From contig CAVXWP010000001.1 of NCBI GenBank assembly GCA_963765495.1, positions 224,001 to 288,000 of the forward strand: a DNA stretch of 64,000 nucleotides, in the 5' to 3' direction. Under the pieces are notes generated by a model that was given only the letters and a program-made list of their open reading frames with translations, ran no database searches and had not been told where the DNA came from. The stretch comes from Blastocatellia bacterium. Lineage in GTDB: Bacteria; Acidobacteriota; Blastocatellia; UBA7656. This document shows, one piece after another, positions 18,772-26,997 of the stretch (the stretch's first letter is position 1; the number at the start of each line of letters is the position of its first letter). A program made the position numbers and the translations under genes.

Positions 18772-20013
18772 ATGGTAAAGGATATAAAGAAGACGTGGGT
18801 AGAATTGCTTTCAAAAGGGGAGATCGAACAGGTTTGGGAAAGGCTTTTTAAGGTGGTATCGAACCACTCTTCTGTTAGAAAACTTTTCGCATCCGGCAAT
18901 ATGTCTTACCAGACAATGGTGGATGCGCATGGGGACCTGACTCAGGACCTGTTTCTAAAGCTCTTTGAGAAAGACCGTTTTCGATATTACATCGAATCCG
19001 GGTATTCAGATGAAAAGGTGGATCGGGAGATATATCGTTTCGAAATTCCAAATCTCATATCGAGGCTGATGCGCGAACGTTTCCCCGAATCTTATCGCAT
19101 AGCACGACGCACGAGCGAGATACTAAAAACCGGAGATGAATTTCAATATTACCCGCATTTGATCTCCTCTTCGAACCGGGTAAAGGCTCAGGAATGGATG
19201 TCGGCAAGCCGCAAGCTCGTCTTACAGATTTACGGGCTGAAAGGCTGGCCTTTGGATAAAGCCATGCGCGACAGGCGGCAGATAGCGCAGATGGCCAGTG
19301 AGGTAAACATAAGGCTGCGAAACAATCAGCGTACCGGGCGCGGCGAAGGCTCGCAGGTGATAATCTCGAACACCGAGTTGAGCGAATTGATAGTCAACAT
19401 ATTCGAGGTCACAGATTCGCCTGTCGATGTTCAGATGATGAGATCGCTTGTCTTATCGAAACTGATGGTGGAAGATTCCGAATTTATTTCCATAGATGCC
19501 GGTGTAACGCTTTCGTCCGACACCGATCAGCAGATGCCCGGCCTCGACATCGCCGATGAGAGGCCGACCCCCGAAGAAATACTTCTCGACAAGGAACAGT
19601 CGCGGCAGGTCGAAGAACTTGTTTCGCAGTTGTTTGAAAGGATGGAGAAGGCGGTTAAGTATAAACAGAGAAGGCTAAACAAGTTGCTGCGCGTAGTCTG
19701 GAACTGTTACTTCAACCCTTCGTCTCCTTCTCAAAGCGGCATCGCCAAAGTGATGGGTGTCTCGGATTCGCTCGTTAGCTATTACCGTAAAATATTCGAT
19801 GAAATAGTCGAAAGCCTCAAGCTTACCGACGACGAATTTATCCTCTTCAACAGTGCTATGAACGATAAGCTGATGTCTTTTATAGCAGCCCTGCCCGCGG
19901 AGAAGCAGGCGAAATCGAATGGCAAGGGCAAAAAATCTGAAATTTATAACACCGGCGAACTGGTGGCGCGGTATCAGGCGAAAGCGGCGCGCGCCTCGTG
20001 CTGCGGAGATTGA
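18772..20013 (+). CDS. Divergent sigma-70-like protein (413 aa)
   Basis: GGAGG RBS; DLTQDLFLKL (region 2-like), ISID..DIADERPTPEEILLDKE (region 3.2/linker-like), YF..SQSGIAKVMGVSDSLVS HTH (region 4-like). Confidence 0.6.
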   Translation: MVKDIKKTWVELLSKGEIEQVWERLFKVVSNHSSVRKLFASGNMSYQTMVDAHGDLTQDLFLKLFEKDRFRYYIESGYSDEKVDREIYRFEIPNLISRLMRERFPESYRIARRTSEILKTGDEFQYYPHLISSSNRVKAQEWMSASRKLVLQIYGLKGWPLDKAMRDRRQIAQMASEVNIRLRNNQRTGRGEGSQVIISNTELSELIVNIFEVTDSPVDVQMMRSLVLSKLMVEDSEFISIDAGVTLSSDTDQQMPGLDIADERPTPEEILLDKEQSRQVEELVSQLFERMEKAVKYKQRRLNKLLRVVWNCYFNPSSPSQSGIAKVMGVSDSLVSYYRKIFDEIVESLKLTDDEFILFNSAMNDKLMSFIAALPAEKQAKSNGKGKKSEIYNTGELVARYQAKAARASCCGD

Positions 20014-20044
20014 ACGGGGAATGGAGTTCTTTCACACGTGCCCG

Positions 20045-20080
20045 TATGAGATTTCAGATTTCCAAACCTGAAATCTCATA
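20045..20080. terminator. Hairpin between convergent genes
   Basis: tatgagatttcag-10 nt-ctgaaatctcata perfect 13-bp stem. Confidence 0.6.
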
Positions 20081-20098
20081 TACCGCAGCGCGTACCAA

Positions 20099-21196
20099 TC
20101 AGGAACGTGCGAGAAACTGCGTGAATAAACCGTGAAAATGATGGACGCCGTTTTCCCGTTTCACCGAGTATCGCCCGTTTGTATATGTGCGCGAACGTAG
20201 CCCCCTCTGAACGGCTTCGCAAATAGCTATGTCCTCAAGCTGAATCTCGTCGCTGAATTCTACGGTGCGGCGAATACTCTCCCGCACGTCGTTTTTTTCG
20301 GGATCGAGAAAGAACCATTCAAAGATGGTGAGCGTTCGCTCGGGTCCGAGCGGGACTATCAGGTTTGTCGAATAATTATCGGGGTAGACGTTGAGCATCA
20401 GATTCGGGAATATCCAGAAATACTGGGCCTCGTAGGTGGCCGCATCCCCGTCGGCCAGCAGGCGCGCAGCTTTACTTTTTTTGATAGGCGAATGCTGGAT
20501 CGAATAGAGGGTTCTGGTTTCGGTTCTATATCGGGAATAATCAAGCTCGCGGTTGAGTGAAGGATGCACGATGGGGATGTGATAGCCTTCGAGGTAATTG
20601 TCTACGTAGACCTTCCAGTTACAATCGACAAACCAGTCTTTACGAGCAGCCGGGCGCATACGCGACAGGTCGTGATGCGCGATGCGGGAAGGCAGGTCTT
20701 CGAGCGTGTCGGCGAGCGGCGCGCACGCCCGGTCGAGATTGACAAAGACCAGACCGGCCCATGTCTCTACTTTGAACTGAGGAAGACGATACTCTTCCCT
20801 TTCGAAGCAGGCCACGCCGTCGAATTCGGGTGTGCCCGAAAGTCGTCCGTCGAGCAGATAGGTCCAGCCGTGATAGCCGCACTGAAAGACTTTGCGATTG
20901 CCGCAGTCGCGCGCTACGGGGCCTGCGCGATGGCGGCATACGTTTGAGAATGCCCGCAATTTTTCATCCGCGCCGCGCGCTACGATCAAAGGCTCGTCGC
21001 CGATTGTCGTAGTAAAATAATCGCCTGGTGATTGGACCTGATCCGTGCGGCCCGCGAGTTGCCACGTTTGGGAAAAGATGGTCTCTTTCTCTTTTTCAAG
21101 GATCGCGGGATCAAAGTACCACGCGGCGGGCAGCGTCCGGGCGTAGGCGACTCGCTCATCAAATGAATAATCCATTGAATAATCCATGCCGCTCAT
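20099..21196 (-). CDS. Rieske aromatic-ring-hydroxylating oxygenase alpha subunit (choline monooxygenase-like)
   Basis: NVCRHR...CGYHGWTY Rieske motif; NWKVYVDNYLEGYHIPIVH; EDIAICEAVQRG. Confidence 0.9.
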   Translation of the reverse strand: MSGMDYSMDYSFDERVAYARTLPAAWYFDPAILEKEKETIFSQTWQLAGRTDQVQSPGDYFTTTIGDEPLIVARGADEKLRAFSNVCRHRAGPVARDCGNRKVFQCGYHGWTYLLDGRLSGTPEFDGVACFEREEYRLPQFKVETWAGLVFVNLDRACAPLADTLEDLPSRIAHHDLSRMRPAARKDWFVDCNWKVYVDNYLEGYHIPIVHPSLNRELDYSRYRTETRTLYSIQHSPIKKSKAARLLADGDAATYEAQYFWIFPNLMLNVYPDNYSTNLIVPLGPERTLTIFEWFFLDPEKNDVRESIRRTVEFSDEIQLEDIAICEAVQRGLRSRTYTNGRYSVKRENGVHHFHGLFTQFLARS

Positions 21197-21247
21197 AGGC
21201 TTTCCCCCACAGGATTTTGATGATAACACGGTCTGAGCGCTAAAGGC

Positions 21248-22615
21248 TCAGGTGAGCCTCCGGCCAACCCATTTGAGCAGGTGGTATACGGGGTAACTGG
21301 CCGCGAGCAATACGAGCGCATAGACGCTGTTTTCGGTGTCGGCCCTTATTGCTCCCGCAAGAAAGGCGATTGAGCCTGCGAGCGCGAGCCCCGTCGTCCA
21401 CGGATAGCCCCACGCCCTGTAGGGACGCTCTCGCTCAGGCTCTCGCCGTCTGAGAACGAAGACCGATATAAACGACATTATGTAATTGACCACGAAGAAA
21501 AACGCGAGGACGGCGATTACCTTTTCAAAGGTGCGGCTCAAGAGGAAAAGCGCGGCTACGGCGGTGCTCAAAAACAGGGCGATGGTCGGCGTTCCTCCTT
21601 CGTTGACCTTCACTATTTTATTCGACACAAGCCCGTCGCGGCTCATTGCAAAGATCACCCGCGTCGCCATCAGATGATAGGCGTTTATGCCGCTCAACAT
21701 CGAAAGTATCGTCAGTCCCCTGATTATCCTGTCTCCGTTCGCACCAAAGATGGCATTTGCGGCGGTGGCTGCCGCAAGCGTTTCTCCGGCCATCTTAGAG
21801 ATCGGCAATACGTAAAGAAAAGCAAGGTTGACCAGCACGTAAATCCCTATGATGGCAAACACTCCGCCAAGCGTAGAGCGCGGGATGCTGCGGCTCGGGT
21901 CGCGCACCTCTTCGGAAAAATAGATCACACCCGCCCAGCCGTCATAGGTGTAGATCACCGCTTGCAGCGCCAGTATTACGGCGAGAAAAAGCGGCAGCCC
22001 GCTCGGCACTGCTTGCCCGGGGGCAGTGGCTTCCGCGCGGTTGCCGCCCAGTATGAAACAGGCCGCGACCAGCGCGATAAAGGCCAGCGCCTTGAGCAGG
22101 CTTGTGAGGTTTTGAACGCTGCTGCCCCACTTCAATCCGCGCCATTGCAGCAGCGCAAATACGATTACGACCGCAAGCGCAATAGAGACCTCGCGGCCCG
22201 CAAGCGCGGGCACGAGCACGCCCGCGTATTCGCCTATGACGATAGAGACGGCAGCCGTAGTGCCGCAGGTCGAAAGCCAGTCGCTCCACCCTACGATAAA
22301 CCCAGCGTAATCGCCGAGCGCGTAGTGGGCGAAGACGTATTGCCCGCCCGAGCGCGGGATCATCGTGCCGAGTTCGGAGATTGAAAACGCGCCGAGCAAT
22401 GCGTAGAGCCCGCCTGCAAACCACACGCCCATAAAAAGCCAGGGGTCGGGCAGACGGGCGGCAACCTCGCCGGGCGTACGCAGTATGCCTGCCCCGATTG
22501 TGTTGCCGATGATGACGGCCAGCCCGAAGCCTACGCCCAGTATGCGCAACAATCGGCCCCGGCGCTCGCGCTCGCTATGTCTCGGTTCAGGACGCAAACG
22601 ATTTTCCCTCCTCAA
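21248..22615 (-). CDS. APC-family amino acid permease
   Basis: GNTIGAGIL, ELGTMIPRSGGQY, YTYDGW, RPYRAWGYP; about 12 TMs. Confidence 0.92.
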   Translation of the reverse strand: MRRENRLRPEPRHSERERRGRLLRILGVGFGLAVIIGNTIGAGILRTPGEVAARLPDPWLFMGVWFAGGLYALLGAFSISELGTMIPRSGGQYVFAHYALGDYAGFIVGWSDWLSTCGTTAAVSIVIGEYAGVLVPALAGREVSIALAVVIVFALLQWRGLKWGSSVQNLTSLLKALAFIALVAACFILGGNRAEATAPGQAVPSGLPLFLAVILALQAVIYTYDGWAGVIYFSEEVRDPSRSIPRSTLGGVFAIIGIYVLVNLAFLYVLPISKMAGETLAAATAANAIFGANGDRIIRGLTILSMLSGINAYHLMATRVIFAMSRDGLVSNKIVKVNEGGTPTIALFLSTAVAALFLLSRTFEKVIAVLAFFFVVNYIMSFISVFVLRRREPERERPYRAWGYPWTTGLALAGSIAFLAGAIRADTENSVYALVLLAASYPVYHLLKWVGRRLT

Positions 22616-22652
22616 AGGCTTGATATTATTCTTCAGATACTCGCCCTTTGCA

Positions 22653-22767
22653 ATGCGTGATTGGTGATTGGTGATTGGTGATGCGTGATTTACAAGACTT
22701 GCAATATGCCTGTAACAATCAAGCCTCTATAGAATCACGAATCACGCATCACCAATCACCAATCACG
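22653..22767. repeat. Heptamer-armed inverted repeat element (GTGATTG/GTGATGC)n
   Basis: About five units per arm in inverted orientation around a ~42-bp spacer. Confidence 0.85.
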
Positions 22768-22787
22768 GATCGCTTTTCGGTCTTAAG

Positions 22788-22816
22788 TTGATACCGGGAG
22801 GGTTTGAAACTATAAT
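22788..22816 (+). promoter_or_regulatory. sigma70 promoter of the TPR gene
   Basis: TTGATA-17 bp-TATAAT, then GAGGAGG RBS. Confidence 0.75.
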
Positions 22817-22850
22817 GCGGGCAATCGGAGGCAGAGGAGGGTTCACACCC

Positions 22851-23852
22851 ATGAAGATGCAAAACCTTTTCCCCGCGCTCGCGCTGATGTTATTTGTTGC
22901 AATTGCCGCACCCGCGCAAAACAACAATATGCTTCGCGGCAAGGTGCGCTCGCCCAGCGGCGAAACTCTCAACAACGCCATAGTCGAATTGAAAATAGGC
23001 GGCGGCGGCATGATAGGCCAGACCGTGACGCGCAACGACGGCGACTTTGCGTTCTCGAATCTGGAGGCCGGCGAATACGAAATCGAAGTCAACCTCGCCG
23101 GATACGAGCGAACTATTCAGATGGCCCGCTTTAATCACTCGCCGGGCGAACACTTTCAGGAGGTGCTCAATATCGAGGTTCTGCTTCGTCCGAAAGCGGA
23201 ACCTGCAACAGGCGCGCCCGGTATCAACTTCGCTCAAGACGTGCCAAAGGCGGCGCGCGAGGCTTATGAAAAAGGCATCGCCCGACTCCGCGAAGGGAAG
23301 ACGGACGAGGGCGTACGATTGCTGCGCGAGGCCACAACCGTCTTCCCGAATTATTTCGCGGCGCATCTTGGACTCGGGGCCGAGATGCTGCGCGCAGGCA
23401 AATACAACGACGCGCTCGAATCGCTTGAGCGCGCCCGCCAGATCAACGACCGCGAGGGGATGGTTTATCATCTGTTCGGACTGGTTATGATGAAGCAGCG
23501 CAAATTCACAGTAGCCGAATATGCTTTTCTTCAGGCAACACATCTGGACGGCACAAACGCCGCCGCGCACTTCTACAGAGGTCTGGCGCTGATCGAAATT
23601 GCCGTCCGTGGGCGCGATGAGAAACAGCAGAAAAGCGATCTGGCCGAGGCCGAAAAAGAGATGGACACCGCCTGGGATTTGAGCGACCGGCATATGACGG
23701 CCGTATACCTTCAGCGCGCCCGTATATTCGAGCGGCGCGGTGAAAAGCAGGCCGCCGCCGAGGCGCTCGAAAAATACCTGAAAGCCGAACCCCAGGCAAA
23801 AAACGCCGCCGCTATCCGCGAAGCCATATCAAAACTGCGCGGCCAGAAATAA
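22851..23852 (+). CDS. Exported carboxypeptidase-regulatory-like domain + TPR protein
   Basis: Signal peptide; LRGKVRS..TRNDGDFAFSNLEAGEYEI; several TPR helices. Confidence 0.85.
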   Translation: MKMQNLFPALALMLFVAIAAPAQNNNMLRGKVRSPSGETLNNAIVELKIGGGGMIGQTVTRNDGDFAFSNLEAGEYEIEVNLAGYERTIQMARFNHSPGEHFQEVLNIEVLLRPKAEPATGAPGINFAQDVPKAAREAYEKGIARLREGKTDEGVRLLREATTVFPNYFAAHLGLGAEMLRAGKYNDALESLERARQINDREGMVYHLFGLVMMKQRKFTVAEYAFLQATHLDGTNAAAHFYRGLALIEIAVRGRDEKQQKSDLAEAEKEMDTAWDLSDRHMTAVYLQRARIFERRGEKQAAAEALEKYLKAEPQAKNAAAIREAISKLRGQK

Positions 23853-24004
23853 TGAGCCTGACCGCCTGCTCGATCAATTTCGCTGTATAGACTCTTTCCA
23901 TCGGTGCTACTTTAAAGAACTCTTACGTCGAACTCACGTTATTCATATACATGCTCCGCGCACTCTTTAGCAGTAGCCGTCAGTTCATTATCTGCTGCCT
24001 ACTC

Positions 24005-24340
24005 CTACTGCCTGCTGCCTGCTGAAAGACGGTAGCCTACTTTTACCATGCTCTCGATGCGAAGCCCGTAGGGCGCAAGCGTATGCCGGAGGCGATGGAT
24101 ATGTACGCGAAGACTCTTTGCGTTAAAGGCGGCGACCTCTCCCCACGCATATCGCCATATTTCTTCCGACGGCACAATGCGATCAAGGCTTCGCGCAAGC
24201 CGCGACATTATCAGGAACTCTTTGCAGGGCAGTGAAACCGTTTGCCCCCCGAAGGCTAGATAATAGTTGGCATGCTCGATCCGCAGATAACCATCGTCAT
24301 AAACATTTTCGCTACGATCAAAGGCATAAACGTGTTGCAT
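24005..24340 (-). CDS. Stand-alone OmpR/PhoB-type winged-helix DNA-binding domain
   Basis: LPCKEFLIM..L, EEIWRYAWG, LRVHIHRLR, IESMVKVGYRL; no receiver domain. Confidence 0.8.
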   Translation of the reverse strand: MQHVYAFDRSENVYDDGYLRIEHANYYLAFGGQTVSLPCKEFLIMSRLARSLDRIVPSEEIWRYAWGEVAAFNAKSLRVHIHRLRHTLAPYGLRIESMVKVGYRLSAGSRQ

Positions 24341-24434
24341 ATCGACATCGGCCTCGCACCGCTCGATTCACAAAAGAAAGCGTTGACGCGGGACCGCCCG
24401 TCACACCTATTGATCGGTCCCGCGTCTTCATAAG

Positions 24435-24704
24435 GTTGACTATGGTTCCCACTTCCCAACCGCCTACCAGCGCTTCGCCTACGCCGCCAAGATCGCTCAG
24501 ATAAGTGCGGCCCCGGCCTATGGGCAGAGCGTAAAGCGCGCTCAGGTTGAAGCTGTGTCGCACATCGAAGCGGTTGTATCCACGGTCGCATTCGAAATCG
24601 TCCAGACACGCGGATGTCTGCGCCTCATTCGATCCGGCGGTGTTTCCGTAGCTTTTTGCAAACGTGTATTGCGCGCTCAGGGTCAGCCCTCTGTTGAAGC
24701 GTCG
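24435..24704 (-). pseudogene. Internal ~90-codon remnant of an Oar-type TonB-dependent receptor
   Basis: Manual translation RRFNRGLTLSAQYTFAKSYG...FDVRHSFNLSALYALPIGRG...LVGGWEVGTIVN; in-frame stop just upstream and no remainder of the barrel. Confidence 0.75.
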
Positions 24705-24908
24705 AAGGCGGGGAGGAGCATCCAGCCTGCACCCGGCTCGCTTTCAGAGCGCACCGTCGAGTTGACGGGCGCGCCCGAAGCCGAAAGCAACGCGAGAAGC
24801 GAGATGACGGCAATCGCTCCGAGCCGCGAGCAGTACGTCTTGATTGTGCAGCCCGAGAGATTCATCCTTTTACATTCGTTTGCAGAGGTCTGAGGTTCCA
24901 AAGCAGGG

Positions 24909-24962
24909 ATGGTAACAAGAGCGGGTTAAGACCCTTTAAACAGCGCGCTAAATATTGATTAA
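24909..24962 (-). promoter_or_regulatory. Pho-box-like 11-bp direct-repeat promoter (copy 2)
   Basis: TTAATC-N5-TTAGCG-N5-TTTAAA-N5-TTAACC-N5-TTGT-TACCAT. Confidence 0.55.
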
Positions 24963-24994
24963 TTCAGGATCAAAGAGACGTGCAGTTTCCGGCC

Positions 24995-25616
24995 TCAGTC
25001 GATGACAAAACTGAAGAGCTTGAACTGTCCGTCCATCTCGAGCATCGAGCCGAAAAGTTTTATCTCCTGCTCGACTCCCGTTTCATCTTTGACTGTCAGG
25101 CGCGTGTCTTTGTGGACCTTGTAGTTCGGGTACGAATCCGTGCCTTTTTCGAAGCGTAATGAAACCAGCTTGTAACGTTTGCCCTTGTGTTTCGGCAATG
25201 TCTTGCTCAACCCGCCGAGGCTTGTGAGCGTGGCCTGTTGCCAGGCAAAGTCGCAGGTGACATTTGGCAACCGGCTCGCGGGCAGGTCCGGCCAGACGTA
25301 CTGACAAAACTCCTCTTTCGTGACGCGCAATCTCTTCATCGCCGTCACATCGCCTTCGGCCAGAGCATCTGAGAAACTTATGCGTGAGCGCCTCCGCGCT
25401 CGGTTGAGCCGCATCCAGCATTCGAGGCAGGGAAGGCACGCGAGCCGGGACGGTCGGTCGAGCGGTTTCAACCCCGGCAACCAGTGAAGGCTGCGAATTT
25501 GAAGAATCAACCTTCGCGCAGCCCTCGGCGAAAAGCGTCAGGCCGCACAGCAGAAAGAGCAGGCAAAGAGAGGTCGCCCGCCCATCTCGACAGGCGACCT
25601 CCGAACTTGATTTCAT
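24995..25616 (-). pseudogene. Lipoprotein gene split by a single-base frameshift (about 206 aa if repaired)
   Basis: N-terminal frame has a lipoprotein-like signal (LFAEGC) to ...ALTHKFL; C-terminal frame continues DALAEGD...FSFVID; span is 622 nt = 3n+1; shift near 25370. Confidence 0.7.
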
Positions 25617-25621
25617 AGCTA

Positions 25622-26890
25622 TCAGTTTCCGTATACGAAGTTGGTCCATCCCACCGTCCAGTCGTCGCTTCCGTTAAAAGCGCCGACATAGTTTGCCGTC
25701 ACAAAGAACGGATCGTTTGCAAAGGGCGGTTGCGCGTTTGCAGCATCGAGAGCAGGCGAGCCTGCCTTCGGGCGGAAGTCGGGCGCAATCTTGTTGAACG
25801 GATCAGTAAGCTGCGGGTCAATCTGCATTATCTTTACCCCTTTTGCAGTGAGCGCGTTGGCGGTATCCCCGGCAAAGTTGCTCGGGGTCGCGATCCCGCT
25901 GCCGTTGTTAAAGAAGATGAAGCTCTGAAGCGTGAGCTTGTCCTGATCGACCTGCACGAAGCTGGCATCGTCTCTGATCTCCACGCCGACATTCTTGAAT
26001 CCCATGACTATGAAATTGCGGAGCTGTCCGGCTGTGCCTCTGCGCAGCACCATTCCGCGAGTGCTTCCCGGTCCCGCGCTCGGGTCGCCGATAAGCGTAA
26101 GGTTCATCATCTTTGGCGAAGACCTGGGCGAGAGGTCGTGGCCGAATTCGCTGTTATCGGCTTCAATCCCGTTGTCGGATTCGTCGGCGTATTGCTGAAT
26201 AAGGCCGAACTGAAGCCTGCCCGACCAGCCAAAGGTCCAGTCGAACCCGTCGTCATTTTCCGCCACCCCTATAAGGTGTTTGCAGTTCACCGTGCCGCCG
26301 AACCATTCAAACGCATCGTCGCCGCCCGCGAATGCTTCGACGAAATCTATCTGTGTAGTATTACCCACACCTTGAAAGGCTACGCAATTGAGTTCGTTGT
26401 CGGGGCTGATGGCGAATCCCCCGTATTCGACGCGAACATACTTCATACTGCCCGAATCATCGGCCGGGTCGTTGCCGCCGTAGAGTCCTGTGTCGCCTTC
26501 GCCGCTCGCCTCTCCGTTCTCGAAATTGATCGGCGCTCGACCGTTCAGGATCAGCCCGCCCCAGTCGCCTCGCGTGCGGGTTCCTTCGGGCGCTGCGCTT
26601 GTAAAGACTATGGGTTTATCGGGCGTTCCCTCGGCTACGATCCTCGCGCCCCGGTTTATGACAAGAAACGCGCCCGGCAATCCGAATATGTGAGTGCCCG
26701 GTTTGACGATAAGCTTCTTTGTGATAAAGACGCCGCCCCTGAGCAGGTAAACGTTTTGCGGCTTCAGTTTCTTTTTCTTGATCGTCCCTTCAAGCACGAT
26801 TGTCTCTGCATAAGATGTAGAGCTAAATGACATGATGATGCCAATTGCAATGCTCATCATCAACATTGTGACCATAAACTTGCGATTCAT
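25622..26890 (-). CDS. Secreted beta-helix-like partner of TonB receptor (resembles Caulobacter ElpS-type phosphate-starvation proteins)
   Basis: AGGAGG RBS, signal peptide; AEGT..PIVFTS, GDWGGLILNGRAP, SGSMKYVRVEYGG, DDAFEWFGGTV, DNGIEADN; family assignment from recall. Confidence 0.65.
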   Translation of the reverse strand: MNRKFMVTMLMMSIAIGIIMSFSSTSYAETIVLEGTIKKKKLKPQNVYLLRGGVFITKKLIVKPGTHIFGLPGAFLVINRGARIVAEGTPDKPIVFTSAAPEGTRTRGDWGGLILNGRAPINFENGEASGEGDTGLYGGNDPADDSGSMKYVRVEYGGFAISPDNELNCVAFQGVGNTTQIDFVEAFAGGDDAFEWFGGTVNCKHLIGVAENDDGFDWTFGWSGRLQFGLIQQYADESDNGIEADNSEFGHDLSPRSSPKMMNLTLIGDPSAGPGSTRGMVLRRGTAGQLRNFIVMGFKNVGVEIRDDASFVQVDQDKLTLQSFIFFNNGSGIATPSNFAGDTANALTAKGVKIMQIDPQLTDPFNKIAPDFRPKAGSPALDAANAQPPFANDPFFVTANYVGAFNGSDDWTVGWTNFVYGN

Positions 26891-26997
26891 TTGAAGCAGT
26901 CCTCCTATTTTTTTCTGTGATCGCGCACTGATCACAGGCAGTTAAATTGAATCAAAGCGAGCGCCGCACGCCTTCCCCGCGCGCCTGCGCCAACCTG

